In this document: in pieces, positions 33,182-43,474 of the stretch
Numbering within the stretch: the first letter of the stretch is position 1
Layout of the letters: each line of letters opens with the position of its first letter
Source: Actinomycetota bacterium
GTDB lineage: Bacteria; Actinomycetota; Coriobacteriia; Anaerosomatales; D1FN1-002
Direction: 5' to 3'
Length of the DNA stretch: 64,000 bases
Assembly (NCBI GenBank): GCA_037445995.1
Contig: JBBIJK010000006.1
Coordinates: 3,629 to 67,628 of the forward strand
The notes under the pieces: generated by a model
Seen by the model: only the letters and a program-made list of their open reading frames with translations
Databases searched by the model: none
What the model was told of the DNA's origin: nothing
Translations under genes and position numbers: made by a program

Positions 33182-34642
33182 ATGGGTCACTTCCCTCACT
33201 GCATGAGCACGCAACATCCCGACAATGCCACGGTCCCGTTCTTCGCCGACTCGCCCGTGCTGGCGGGCGAGGACGAGATCCGCGAGGCCTACTATGCCTT
33301 TTCGCATCTGGGTTGCGACGAGCAGATGTGGGACTGCGAAGGCAAGGAGATCGACACGTACGTCGTCAAGAAGCTGCTCTCCTTCTACGAACGGTACTTC
33401 CGCGAGAACACGTTGGGCGAGGATGTGCGGCTGACGCTGCGCGTACCGAACCCCACGGTGGAGAAGGCGGAAGCCAAGGTGCTCCTCGAGACGCTCGAGA
33501 GCATCCCGCGCTCGTACGACGCCGCGAAGCTGTTCTACAAGCGCGACGTCAGCCCCATCTTCGAGGTCATCTTGCCCATGACCACCTCGGCGAAGTGCGT
33601 GGACCGGATCTACCGCTACTACGCGGACTTCATCGTCGGGCGGCAGGACATGAGGTTCCGTGACGGAGACAAGACGATCGCCGAGTGGATCGGCGAGTTC
33701 TGTCCCTCCCGGATCGCCGTGATCCCCCTGTTCGAAGACCTTCCCAGCATGCTCGGCGCCGCCGACATCGTCGAGGAGTACCTCCGCGACAAGGAGGTTG
33801 ACGATCAGCGCGTCTTCCTGGCCCGGTCGGACACCGCGATGAACTACGGGCTCGTGTCAGCCGCGCTGTCCAACAAGATGGCTCTGCAGGCGCTCGATGA
33901 GCTGGCCGCACGAAGGGGGGTGCGGATGCACCCCATCCTAGGGGTGGGCTCCGCCCCGTTCCGGGGCGGGCTCAGCCCTCTGACCGCGGAGCGGGTCGGG
34001 GGCGAGTACCCGAGCGTCGTGACGTTCACGATCCAGTCGGCGTTCAAGTACGATCACCCGCCCGACTCGAGCCGCGCGGCGATAGAGCACCTCCGCGCCC
34101 GTGTCATCGGGCCGCCCACCCCGGTGGACGTCGAGCGCGCGATGCGGATCATCGAGCGCTACAGCGAGGCGTACCGGGAGCGGGTGATCGAGCTCGCACC
34201 CGCCATCACGCGCTTCGCCAAGCATGTGCCGGCCCGGCGCGCGCGCAAGCTGCATATCGGCTTGTTCGGGTATGCGCGGCAGATGGAGGGCGTGACGCTG
34301 CCTCGCGCGATCTCGTTCACGTGCGCGCTGTACTCGGCCGGGATGCCGCCTGAGCTGCTGGCGTTCGAGGCCCTGGACGACTCGGACCTCAGGTACGTTC
34401 GCGAGGTCTACCCCTCGTTCGACCTCGACGTCGCCGAGGCGTTGCGCTTCTCGGACCTGGACGGGCCGTTGTGCTCGCCCGGCCTACGGGACGCTTTGAG
34501 GCGGGCGGGCTTCGACTGGGAGCCCGACGAGGACCACCTCGACTACGTGCGCAGGCTAGGTGAGACGATGGACGAGGGGCGCGACGCCGCCGCCGGAGAC
34601 CTGCTGCTCAGCGCGGCTCTCATACGCAGGTTCTTGGGCTAG
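33182..34642 (+). CDS. ppcA: archaeal-type phosphoenolpyruvate carboxylase
   Basis: About 480 aa. The conserved N-terminus is MSTQHPDN. VIPLFE and other blocks typical of the short PepcA family are present, and the product is far shorter than bacterial Ppc. The start is 33182 or 33203. Confidence 0.8.
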   Translation: MGHFPHCMSTQHPDNATVPFFADSPVLAGEDEIREAYYAFSHLGCDEQMWDCEGKEIDTYVVKKLLSFYERYFRENTLGEDVRLTLRVPNPTVEKAEAKVLLETLESIPRSYDAAKLFYKRDVSPIFEVILPMTTSAKCVDRIYRYYADFIVGRQDMRFRDGDKTIAEWIGEFCPSRIAVIPLFEDLPSMLGAADIVEEYLRDKEVDDQRVFLARSDTAMNYGLVSAALSNKMALQALDELAARRGVRMHPILGVGSAPFRGGLSPLTAERVGGEYPSVVTFTIQSAFKYDHPPDSSRAAIEHLRARVIGPPTPVDVERAMRIIERYSEAYRERVIELAPAITRFAKHVPARRARKLHIGLFGYARQMEGVTLPRAISFTCALYSAGMPPELLAFEALDDSDLRYVREVYPSFDLDVAEALRFSDLDGPLCSPGLRDALRRAGFDWEPDEDHLDYVRRLGETMDEGRDAAAGDLLLSAALIRRFLG

Positions 34643-34677
34643 GTCTCGATCCGTCCGCGCGGCGGCTCCCCGGCTGC

Positions 34678-36645
34678 CTAGGCGACGCCGGTCGGCTCCC
34701 AGTCCTGCGGGCCGATGACGAACAGCACGTCGCCGACGCGCAGTTCCGTTGCTCCCACCGGGTTGGGCAGGGTCACGCCCCCGCGCTGAATCGCGAGGAC
34801 AGTGACGCCCTGCTCGGCGCGGAGCCCGCTCGCGGCGATCGTCCGTCCTGCGAGGGGCGAGTGTGGGCTCAGCCGGAACGTCCTGGTGCGCAGGTCGGGA
34901 AGCTCCACCCGGATCTGGTGACCCGCCACGCCCGTGGAGCCGAGGCTGCGGGCCATCTCGCGCCATCCCGCCCTCATCTCGTCGATGGCCGACACGATGT
35001 CCTCGCGAGGGACGAGGAACCTCCCGAGGACCCGGGCGAAGACCTCGATTGACACCTCGAGCTCGTCCGCGATGACCTCGTCGGCTCCGAGCGAGTGCAG
35101 AGGCTCGACCTCTTTGAGGTAGCGGCTTCGAACCACGATGAACGAGTCGGGCGCGAGCCTGCGCGAGAGCTCGACGACGCGCCGTGCGGCCGCCGGGTCG
35201 TCGATGACGACCACCACCGCCTTGGCTCTCTCGACGTTGACGTGCCGCAGGACGGCCTCCTGGGTGGCGTCGCCGTAGTGCACGTGACACCCCGCGGACC
35301 GGCCCTCGCGGACGCTCTCGGGACTGATCTCGAGGGCCGCGTAGGGAAGCTCGCTCCGGTTGGCGGCCTTGGCCACATTGCGGCCGGTCACGCCGAAGCC
35401 GACTATCACCATGTGGTTCTCGTAGGGGTGGGCGGATACGTAGCGCGCCGCGCCCACGCCGTTCCTGAGCCTCTCGGGGAACGGGAGGCGCAGCACCGCG
35501 TCCGCGATGCGGGGTCCCGCGGCGATCGCCAGAGGCGCCAGGACCATGCTCGCCACAGCCACAGCCAGGATCAGCTGGAAAGTGTCGTGGGTCAGCAGAC
35601 CTTCATGCACGCCTACTTCCGCCAGCACCAGCGAGAACTCGCCGATCTGCGAAAGCGCCACCCCGGCCAGGGCCGCTGAGCGGAGCGGGGACCCCAGCGC
35701 CAGGGCCGCTCCACCCGCCACCAGCGGCTTGACGGCCAGCAGGCCTAACGCCAGGAGGGCGATGGAACCCAGGTTCTCCATCACGAACGACAGATCCAGC
35801 AGCATGCCGATCGAGACGAAGAACAGACTCGTGAACGCGTCGCGGAAGGGCATGATCACGCCGACGGCCTGATGCGAGTACTCGGATTCGGAGATGATCA
35901 GCCCCGCGAGGAAGGCCCCCAGCGCGAGCGACAGGCCGATGCTGGAGGTGAACCCCGCGATGGCGATGCAGATGACCAGGACCCCGAGCAGGAAAGCCTC
36001 GCGGCTGCGTGTCTTCGCAATCTGGTACAGGGCCCAGGGGACCACCCACTTGTAGGACGCGTAGGCGAGTACCCCGACCGCGGCTATCCGGCCGGTCATG
36101 GCGAGCGCCTGACCCCACCCCACCTCCCCCGTATGACCGCCAGCGAGGAGAGGGACTGCGAGCATGAGTGGCACGACAGCGATGTCCTGGTAGATGAGGG
36201 TTCCCACGACCATCCGTCCGTGGGGGCTGTCCAGCTCTGCTCGCTCGCGGAGCACGGTGAGCACGATGGCGGTGCTGCTCAGGGCCACGACGAACCCGAG
36301 GAAGGCGGCTTGGCCCGAGGAGTAGCCGATCATCCGTGAGCCGATGCCGATGACCGCCGCGGTCCCGAACAGCTGGATCGTTCCTCCTATGAGGAAGGGC
36401 CTTCGCAGCTCAAGGACCCCGCGCAGCGAGAACTCCATGCCGATGACGAACAGCAGCAGGACCACGCCGATCTCGGCGAGCACCTCCACCTCTTCGGTGG
36501 CGCCCACGAGGCGAAGACCGTTCGGACCGGCCACCACCCCCGCGATCAGGAGACCGGCGATCGGCGGCAGCCGCAGCCGGTGCGACAGCACTATCGTCGC
36601 CACGGCCACCGCGAAGATGATCGCGATGTCCACGATAAGAGTCAT
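34678..36645 (-). CDS. CPA2-family cation:proton antiporter with RCK (TrkA-N/TrkA-C) domains
   Basis: 655 aa with about 12-13 TM helices in an Na+/H+ exchanger domain. The Rossmann motif is VIVGFGVTGRNVA. The C-terminal TrkA-C-like domain contains GRTIAASGLR. Confidence 0.9.
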   Translation of the reverse strand: MTLIVDIAIIFAVAVATIVLSHRLRLPPIAGLLIAGVVAGPNGLRLVGATEEVEVLAEIGVVLLLFVIGMEFSLRGVLELRRPFLIGGTIQLFGTAAVIGIGSRMIGYSSGQAAFLGFVVALSSTAIVLTVLRERAELDSPHGRMVVGTLIYQDIAVVPLMLAVPLLAGGHTGEVGWGQALAMTGRIAAVGVLAYASYKWVVPWALYQIAKTRSREAFLLGVLVICIAIAGFTSSIGLSLALGAFLAGLIISESEYSHQAVGVIMPFRDAFTSLFFVSIGMLLDLSFVMENLGSIALLALGLLAVKPLVAGGAALALGSPLRSAALAGVALSQIGEFSLVLAEVGVHEGLLTHDTFQLILAVAVASMVLAPLAIAAGPRIADAVLRLPFPERLRNGVGAARYVSAHPYENHMVIVGFGVTGRNVAKAANRSELPYAALEISPESVREGRSAGCHVHYGDATQEAVLRHVNVERAKAVVVVIDDPAAARRVVELSRRLAPDSFIVVRSRYLKEVEPLHSLGADEVIADELEVSIEVFARVLGRFLVPREDIVSAIDEMRAGWREMARSLGSTGVAGHQIRVELPDLRTRTFRLSPHSPLAGRTIAASGLRAEQGVTVLAIQRGGVTLPNPVGATELRVGDVLFVIGPQDWEPTGVA

Positions 36646-36748
36646 GGGGGCATGGTATCGGTAGGCGAGGGAGCGCGCGACCGCCCGGGTCCGATCGCGC
36701 GGCCGTTCGGCCCGCGATTCCGGTCGGCGGTGCGGTCGCGGGCGGAGG

Positions 36749-37084
36749 TCAGAAGGCCGACAGCGCCGCCTGACCTGCCCAGAGCGCCGCCATCCCGACC
36801 GCCAGCGTCAAGGCCGTGTTCTTGGTCCTGAGCGCGACTGCGGCGGCCAGCACAGCGGCGATCGTCCGAGCGGGAGCAGCCGCCCACGCGTCGCCGGACT
36901 TGACGAACAGCGAGCCGGGCACCACCAGCGCCGTCAGCGCCGCGACCGGGACGTGTCGCAGCAGCCGCTCCAGCCAGGGCGGGTGCGGCACCCGGCCGTG
37001 CGCCATGATCGGCAGGCTTCGCATGGCCCACGTCCCCACGGCGAGCGCCGCGATCAGGGACCAGAACAGCGCGCGGGGCGTCAT
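36749..37084 (-). CDS. azlD: AzlD-family branched-chain amino acid transport protein
   Basis: 111 aa with 3-4 TM helices. Its ATG overlaps the azlC stop (ATGA). Confidence 0.75.
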   Translation of the reverse strand: MTPRALFWSLIAALAVGTWAMRSLPIMAHGRVPHPPWLERLLRHVPVAALTALVVPGSLFVKSGDAWAAAPARTIAAVLAAAVALRTKNTALTLAVGMAALWAGQAALSAF

Positions 37085-37779
37085 GCCGCCTCCTCGACGG
37101 GGCGCCCGTCACGCCACGCTCCGAAAGCGATCCCGGCGATGATCGCGACGAGCAGGCCGGTCTGCATCGGGAGCGTCGGGACGAGCAGGGCCGACGCGAC
37201 CCCGGTGACGATCGCGACGGTCACGGAGGTCGTGCCTTTGAGCGTGGGCGCCAGCATCGCGAGGAACACCAGAGGCACCGCGAAGTCCAGCCCCCACGAC
37301 GGCGGCACCATCGGTCCCAACAGAGCTCCCGCGATGTTGGACACCTGCCAAGTCCCGGAAAGGGCGACCCATGCTCCGACGTAGTAGGGGATCACGTCGA
37401 CGTCCTCGCGGAAGCGCCCGCGTGTCATCGTGGTGACGTAGTTCTGGTCCACGAGCATGTGTCCCAGCACCGGGCGCAGTCTCGCAGAGGCGTGGGAGAG
37501 GACGGGCGCGATCGATGCGCTGTAGATGAACATCCGGGTGTTCACGACCAGCGCGGTCCCGAGCGCCAGCCACAGCGGCGCGCCGTCTCCGAACAGCGTC
37601 GTCGCGACGATCTGCGAGGCCCCGGCGCAGACGATGAACGACATCCCGAGCGCCTCGGGCAGCCCGAATCCCACCTGCACGACCGCGGCCCCGGCGACTA
37701 GCCCGAACGGGACGACGCCGATCAGGATCGGCGAGACGTCGCGCATCCCCTCGATCAAGCTGTGCCTTCTGCGCGACAT
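37081..37779 (-). CDS. azlC: AzlC-family branched-chain amino acid transporter
   Basis: Start at MSRRRHSLIEGM after AAGGGAGG. GASQ and other AzlC-like TM blocks are present. Confidence 0.85.
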   Translation of the reverse strand: MSRRRHSLIEGMRDVSPILIGVVPFGLVAGAAVVQVGFGLPEALGMSFIVCAGASQIVATTLFGDGAPLWLALGTALVVNTRMFIYSASIAPVLSHASARLRPVLGHMLVDQNYVTTMTRGRFREDVDVIPYYVGAWVALSGTWQVSNIAGALLGPMVPPSWGLDFAVPLVFLAMLAPTLKGTTSVTVAIVTGVASALLVPTLPMQTGLLVAIIAGIAFGAWRDGRPVEEAA

Positions 37780-37961
37780 CCCGCCTCCCTTGCGCCGCAC
37801 CGAGGTTTCGCACGGGCCGCCTGCATCCGATGCGGATGTCGGCGGACGACCGATACTAACACCCGGGTCCCCGCTTGGTGCGGCGCACTTCGCGCAGGAT
37901 CGTCGCGCGCCGCGCTACACTCGTGGGAGCGCGGCGACCTTGAAGGAGGCTTTGCTCGCGG

Positions 37962-39044
37962 GTGGCTGACGATGACTTGACCGGCTTGGAGCCCTACGGT
38001 TGGTCGGACCGTTGGCGAGCGCTGTTCGCTGAGCACTCGGCTGCGGGACTGGAGCCCGGCAGGGTGCTGCGAGAGGACCGCGGCAGCGCCGCCGTGATCA
38101 CCGGTTCCGGCATGGTCCGGGCGGGCTTGGCCGCGCGACTGGCCAGGGGCGGTCCCGGCACTCTGCGGCCGGCGGCCGGCGACTGGGTGGCGCTGTGCCA
38201 GCCGCCCGGGCACGATGAGGCCCTTATCGAGGCGGTACTGCCGCGCCGGTCGGCGTTCGAGAGGGCCGATCCCGGCGGCGCGGTCGCGGTCCAGGTTCTC
38301 GCTGCGAACATCGACACGGTGTTCATCGTGCACCCGGTGTCGGAGGCCCCGAAGTTGCGCCGCATCGAGCGCGAGCTTGCGGTGGCGTGGGAGAGTGGGG
38401 CCACCCCAGTGGTGGTGTTGACCAAGGGAGACCTTGCCGAGGACACCGCGGCGGCTCGCCTCGAGGTGGAGGCCGTCGCCATCGGCGTGGACGTGCTGGT
38501 CACCAGCGCCCAGACCGGGGACGGGATCGACCAGCTTGCGCGCTACGCAGGGCCCGGCTCCACGGTCGCCCTGATAGGGCCTTCGGGAGTGGGCAAGTCG
38601 TCGCTGGTCAACGCGCTTCTCGGCGAGGAGCGTCAGGCTGTCGGCGAGGTGCGCCAGGGGGACGGCAAGGGTCGTCACACGACCACCTCGCGCGAGCTGG
38701 TAGCACTGCCAGGAGGTGGCGTGCTCATCGACAGCCCGGGGATGCGCGCCCTGGGGGTCTGGGAGCTTGAAGAGGGTCTGCCGGCGGCCTTCCCCGACAT
38801 CGCCGGCCTCGCGCCGAGCTGTCGCTTCCGGGACTGCCGGCACCAGGGCGAGCCGGGGTGCGCGGTCGCCGAGGCGGTCGACGCCGGTGATCTGGCCGCG
38901 GGGCGTCTCGACAGCTGGCACAGACTGCTCAAGGAGGCCGCCGCCCTGGAGCGGCGGCAGGACGCCCTGAAGCGCAAGGAGGCCCGGGCGGAGTGGCGCT
39001 CGGCGATGAAGTCCCTCAAGGACCACCACAAGCGTCAGGGGTGA
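37962..39044 (+). CDS. rsgA: ribosome small-subunit-dependent GTPase A
   Basis: Circularly permuted GTPase order: LTKGDL comes before the P-loop GPSGVGKSSLVNAL and DSPGMR. The zinc knuckle is CRFRDCRHQGEPGCAV. Confidence 0.9.
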   Translation: MADDDLTGLEPYGWSDRWRALFAEHSAAGLEPGRVLREDRGSAAVITGSGMVRAGLAARLARGGPGTLRPAAGDWVALCQPPGHDEALIEAVLPRRSAFERADPGGAVAVQVLAANIDTVFIVHPVSEAPKLRRIERELAVAWESGATPVVVLTKGDLAEDTAAARLEVEAVAIGVDVLVTSAQTGDGIDQLARYAGPGSTVALIGPSGVGKSSLVNALLGEERQAVGEVRQGDGKGRHTTTSRELVALPGGGVLIDSPGMRALGVWELEEGLPAAFPDIAGLAPSCRFRDCRHQGEPGCAVAEAVDAGDLAAGRLDSWHRLLKEAAALERRQDALKRKEARAEWRSAMKSLKDHHKRQG

Positions 39045-39291
39045 GCGCGCAGTCCCTGTGGACGCTTCCGGGGACAACCCTGTGGAAACGTCCGCCGGCC
39101 GTGGCCATGCGACCGTCGGCCGAGCAGACCCCTGAACACCCTTGCGCCGCGCCGGAGATGGCGTAGAGTACGTCATGCGAGGCTCTTGAGAAACCGGATG
39201 GGCACTGCGGCAACGCAAGGTTCGTCTGGGGGCTCCGGGGCCTCGCATCTTTGTGTCCGAGACCTGTCGAGCGACATCCGGGATCCGGGTC

Positions 39292-40452
39292 TTACAGCGA
39301 GACCCGCCGCCCTCGCGCCAGATCCGCCAGCGGGTAGAACGTCCCGCGCCACACCACGCCTCGGTTGCGCCGGGCCAGCCACGTGGCCCTGACCATGCCG
39401 TAGGCCATCAGGGCGAAACCCGCTGGCCACGCCAGGGCCGGCAGCCATCGACGGGTGTTGACCCACAGCGCGGCCACCTCCGCGGCGTTGTACGCGACCA
39501 GCGCGAACGCGCCGAGCGCGCGCAGCCAGTGCCCTCCGACGGCGATCGCGGCCACAGGGCTGAGCAGGACCGCGGCCAGGAGCACGAAGGCCAAGGCCAA
39601 AACCCACGAGGGCATGATCGCGGTCGTGCTCCCGTTCTTCTCGATCCCTCGCAGGAACTGCCCTACGTCGCGGTACATCGGGACCGAGGCGTAATCCCGG
39701 CCGTCGATCATCTCGACGCTGCCGCCGGCCCGCTTGACCATGAGGCCGAGCCCCACGTCGTCGCCGGTCTCCATACGCAGTTGCTCGAAGCCCGGCGTGC
39801 TGTCGAAAACATCCCTGCGAACCAGGTTGAACGCGCCCGAGCCCATCGACATCCTGCTGCGGGGGTCTCTTACCGCGCGCGGGTCGACGAGCACGCAGAG
39901 GGCTCGCATGAAGACGGTCCAGACGCTGTCGACCATGAAGCTGCCGGTGTCGAAGGCCGGCACGAGCGCAAGCATGTCGATCCGCTCATCGACGCAGTGC
40001 GCGATGGCGCGTCGCAGAGTGCCGGGTCTCACTGTGACGTCACCGTCGGAGAAGAGCAGCCACTCCCCCGTCGCTTCCCCGGCGCCCCGGTGAAGAGCGT
40101 GGACCTTGCCGAGCCAGGCCGGGGGCAACGCTTCGATGCGGATCGCCCTGAAGCGCCGATCATCCCGGGCCGCGGCCGCCGCCCTGTCGGCGGTGGCGTC
40201 CGTCGAGCGGTCGTCCACGACGATGAGCTCGAAGTCCGGATAGTCGTCAGCCAGCCGGCTCGTGACGGCGTCGGAGATGTCGCGCTCCTCGTTGCGCGCG
40301 GCCAGGATCACGGACACCTTGGGCCAGCGGCCTGGGTCCGGCGGCTGCATCCGCGAGAGCGAGCGGAGCGACGCGAGGTGGAGGAAGAACACGAATGTCT
40401 CCGCGAGCACAAACACGCACGCCGCGGTCAGCGCTGTCTGCACGACGCCCAT
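39292..40452 (-). CDS. family 2 glycosyltransferase with C-terminal TM helices
   Basis: GT-A motifs are VSVILAARNEE, VVDDRSTD and FSDGDV. The C-terminal region is hydrophobic. Confidence 0.8.
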   Translation of the reverse strand: MGVVQTALTAACVFVLAETFVFFLHLASLRSLSRMQPPDPGRWPKVSVILAARNEERDISDAVTSRLADDYPDFELIVVDDRSTDATADRAAAAARDDRRFRAIRIEALPPAWLGKVHALHRGAGEATGEWLLFSDGDVTVRPGTLRRAIAHCVDERIDMLALVPAFDTGSFMVDSVWTVFMRALCVLVDPRAVRDPRSRMSMGSGAFNLVRRDVFDSTPGFEQLRMETGDDVGLGLMVKRAGGSVEMIDGRDYASVPMYRDVGQFLRGIEKNGSTTAIMPSWVLALAFVLLAAVLLSPVAAIAVGGHWLRALGAFALVAYNAAEVAALWVNTRRWLPALAWPAGFALMAYGMVRATWLARRNRGVVWRGTFYPLADLARGRRVSL

Positions 40453-40501
40453 GGGAGAAGTATCGCCGACGTCGCGCGCCAGCGCGAGCGCGGTCGGCGG
40501 C

Positions 40502-41776
40502 CTACAGGGTGACGGGCGGGTGCAGGTCCCTGGCTGTGAGCTCGGCCTCGTAGGGCCCCGGCTCGTCCAGGTCCCGGAGGGAGGGGAGCAGCGAGCAGCC
40601 CAGGCCCGCGACGACTATCAGGACGCCGAGGCTTGTGAACACCACCTCGGCACCGTGCGCACGAGTCAGCCATCCGACCGCGAGGTAACCGGCGGGACCT
40701 GCGGAGTAGAACACGGCCATCAGGACCCCCAAGACCCGCCCTCGCATCTGCGGGGGCGTGTGTATCTGCATCTCAAGGTTGAGCAGCGGCCCCATCGGGC
40801 CCCAGAAGAACCCGGCCATCGCAGCCAAGGCGATGAGCAGCGGGTACGCCGGCAGCGTGGACATCCCTAGGATGGATGCGGAGGCCAGCGTCAGCGCCCC
40901 GATGAAGAAGGCGCGCCGGCTCAGCCGCTTCGCGACGACGCTGTAGAGCAGGGAGCCGGCCACCCCTCCGCCGCTCATGGCCATCAGCACCACCCCCAGG
41001 CGGCCCGGCGCCTCCTGCGCCTCGAAGATGACGGGGAGCAGGACACCCTCGATCGGCATGTAGATCGCGACTATCAGCATCATCACCAGCGCCAGCGTCC
41101 GCAGGACGCGCGTGCGCCAGACGAAGGACACCCCCTGGAGGCTGCCGCGCAGCAGGCCCTCGGGCCGTTCCTCGACAGGCGGTCTTCCCATGCCCGGAGC
41201 GCGTAGCAGGGCGATCGCGGCGATGGACAGGACGAAAGCCCCCGCCGTCGCCCAGAGAGTCGCGGCGGCGCCCACCAGTGCGATAAGGCCGCCTCCCAGC
41301 GCCGGGCCGATCATGTAGGCGACGCCCCAAGACGCTTCGTGGACGCCGTTCGCGCGCTCCAGACCCAGGCCGGAAGCCCGCGCCGCCTCCGGGATCATGG
41401 ATTCGCGGGCGGTCGCCCCGGCCGGGTCGAAGAGCGCGCCGATCGCAGCGAGCACCACGATCAGTCCGAGGTCGAGACCGAGAACGCGGTCGATCACGGG
41501 GATGGCCGCGACCGATAGGGCGGACAGGACATCGGAGATGACCGAGGTGCGGCGACGGCCCAGGGAGTCGACCACCGTGCCCGAGAAGATCGCGCTGAGC
41601 AGCAGGGGCAGAGCGCTCGCCGCCCCCACCAGGCCGGCCGCCGCGGGGTCTCCCGTGCGGTCGAGCACGAGCCATGGGATCGCGACCGCCGCGACGCCGT
41701 TGCCGGCTCCGGAAGCCACCACGGCGGCTTGCAGGAGGGCGAATGGGGCCATCGAGTGTCTCTCGGACGTAGGCAT
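40502..41776 (-). CDS. MFS transporter
   Basis: 424 aa with 12 predicted TM helices. The loop motif GTVVDSLGRRR sits between TM2 and TM3. Confidence 0.85.
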   Translation of the reverse strand: MPTSERHSMAPFALLQAAVVASGAGNGVAAVAIPWLVLDRTGDPAAAGLVGAASALPLLLSAIFSGTVVDSLGRRRTSVISDVLSALSVAAIPVIDRVLGLDLGLIVVLAAIGALFDPAGATARESMIPEAARASGLGLERANGVHEASWGVAYMIGPALGGGLIALVGAAATLWATAGAFVLSIAAIALLRAPGMGRPPVEERPEGLLRGSLQGVSFVWRTRVLRTLALVMMLIVAIYMPIEGVLLPVIFEAQEAPGRLGVVLMAMSGGGVAGSLLYSVVAKRLSRRAFFIGALTLASASILGMSTLPAYPLLIALAAMAGFFWGPMGPLLNLEMQIHTPPQMRGRVLGVLMAVFYSAGPAGYLAVGWLTRAHGAEVVFTSLGVLIVVAGLGCSLLPSLRDLDEPGPYEAELTARDLHPPVTL

Positions 41777-41886
41777 ATGTGAGCATCATAGCGTCGGCCC
41801 TCAAGGGCCGCTCCGGGCGCGTCGCGTCCCGCGCGCTGCTCGGTGATAATGGAGACGCAAGTGACGCGGCTCTGTGAGGGGATCCG

Positions 41887-43224
41887 ATGATCGAACGCTA
41901 CACGCGGCCAGAGATGGGCCGCATCTGGGCACTGGAGAACAAGTTCGAGATCTGGAAGCGGATCGAGGTCCTCGCATGCGAGGCCCAGGCCGAACTCGGC
42001 ATCGTCCCGGCGGAAGACCTCGCGGTGATCTCGGAGCGCGCTGCGTTCGAGGTGGCGCGCATCGACGAGCTCGAGGCCACTCTCGATCACGACGTCATCG
42101 CGTTCCTGACCAACATGGCCGAGCACATCGACGCTGGCCTGGACGAGGGCGCACCCAAGCCGAGCCGCTGGGTTCATTACGGGATGACCTCGAGCGATCT
42201 TGGGGACACCGCGCTGTGCTACCAGATGACCCAGGCGCTCGACATCCTCATCGAAGACGTGCGGCGCATCGGCGAGGTGTGCCGCCGACGCGCTCTGGAG
42301 ACCCGCGAGATGCTGTGCGTCGGCAGGACCCATGGGATACACGCCGAGCCCATGACCATGGGGATGAAGTTCGGCCGCTGGGCTTGGGCGATGAAGCGCA
42401 GCGTCGAGCGCCTGGAGCGCACCCGGGAGGCCGTCGCCGTGGGTGCGATCTCGGGAGCCGTGGGCACCTACTCCAATGTCGACCCCTTCGTCGAGCGGTA
42501 CGTGTGCGAGAGGCTGGGCCTGGTTCCCGAACCGCTCTCCACTCAGGTGGTCCCTCGCGACCGCCACGCGCAGTTCCTGGCTGTCCTTGCCACGGTCGCC
42601 GCCACGGCGGAGGAGATCGCGACAGAGGTCCGCGCGCTTCAGAGGTCGGACACCCTTGAGGCCGAGGAGCCGTTCTCGAAGGGCCAGAAGGGTTCGTCGG
42701 CGATGCCGCACAAGCGCAACCCGGTCACGGCCGAGCGGATCTGCGGACTTGCGAGGGTGGTCAGGGCGAACGCGCAGGTCGGCTTCGAGAACGTCGCGCT
42801 CTGGCACGAGCGCGACATCTCGCACAGCTCGGCGGAGCGGGTCGTGCTGGCGGATTCGACGATCGCTCTGGACTACATGCTGGCGAAGCTCGAGCGGGTG
42901 CTGGATGGGCTCGTACTCTACCCCGAGCGGATGAGGGTGAACCTCGAGGCCACAAGGGGACTCATCTACAGCTCGCGAGTGCTGCTCGCCCTCGTCGACA
43001 CGGGCATGCTCCGTGAGGACGCGTACGCGATCGTACAGCGGAACGCGATGGCGGTCTGGGAGGACATCCAGTCCGCCCGGCCCGGTCTGGGCTTCCGCGA
43101 GCGTCTCGAGGCGGACGGCGACTGCCCGCTCTCCGGCGAGCGGCTGGAGAGCATCTTCGACCCGCGGTCGTTCCTAGCTCGTGCCGGGGTCGTGTTCGAG
43201 CGTCTGGAGGCGCTCGGGTTCTGA
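41887..43224 (+). CDS. purB: adenylosuccinate lyase
   Basis: 445 aa with the fumarate-lyase signature GSSAMPHKRNP. The N-terminus MIERYTRPEM is typical of PurB. Confidence 0.95.
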   Translation: MIERYTRPEMGRIWALENKFEIWKRIEVLACEAQAELGIVPAEDLAVISERAAFEVARIDELEATLDHDVIAFLTNMAEHIDAGLDEGAPKPSRWVHYGMTSSDLGDTALCYQMTQALDILIEDVRRIGEVCRRRALETREMLCVGRTHGIHAEPMTMGMKFGRWAWAMKRSVERLERTREAVAVGAISGAVGTYSNVDPFVERYVCERLGLVPEPLSTQVVPRDRHAQFLAVLATVAATAEEIATEVRALQRSDTLEAEEPFSKGQKGSSAMPHKRNPVTAERICGLARVVRANAQVGFENVALWHERDISHSSAERVVLADSTIALDYMLAKLERVLDGLVLYPERMRVNLEATRGLIYSSRVLLALVDTGMLREDAYAIVQRNAMAVWEDIQSARPGLGFRERLEADGDCPLSGERLESIFDPRSFLARAGVVFERLEALGF

Positions 43225-43237
43225 GCGGGTCAGCGTA

Positions 43238-43414
43238 TCAGGCTGGCTGCCACTTGCAGCGGACCGGCGAGACGATGGACCCGTCCTTCTTCAGTTCAGC
43301 CATCGCTTTGTCCACATCGGCTCGTTCCAGGCCTGTCATGGTCGCGAGCTCCCCCGCTGCGACCGGCTTGCCGGCTGCCTTCATGGCTTCAAGCACTTGC
43401 GTTCGTGTGTCCAT
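43238..43414 (-). CDS. small winged-helix-like protein
   Basis: 58 aa from MDTRTQVLEAMKAAGKPVAAGELA... after AGAAGAGGG. It resembles small wHTH proteins common in anaerobes. Function is unknown. Confidence 0.5.
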   Translation of the reverse strand: MDTRTQVLEAMKAAGKPVAAGELATMTGLERADVDKAMAELKKDGSIVSPVRCKWQPA

Positions 43415-43474
43415 GTAGCCCTCTTCTCGTTTCGAGGCGTTCAACGCTTGACGACCGGCCCATAGGGGGCGGGT

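Noticed and set aside
37755-39248. 497-aa minus-strand ORF over rsgA
   Set aside because: It is antisense to a GTPase with P-loop and zinc-knuckle motifs and has artefact composition.
41494-42825. 443-aa minus-strand ORF over purB
   Set aside because: It is antisense to purB, which carries the fumarate-lyase signature.
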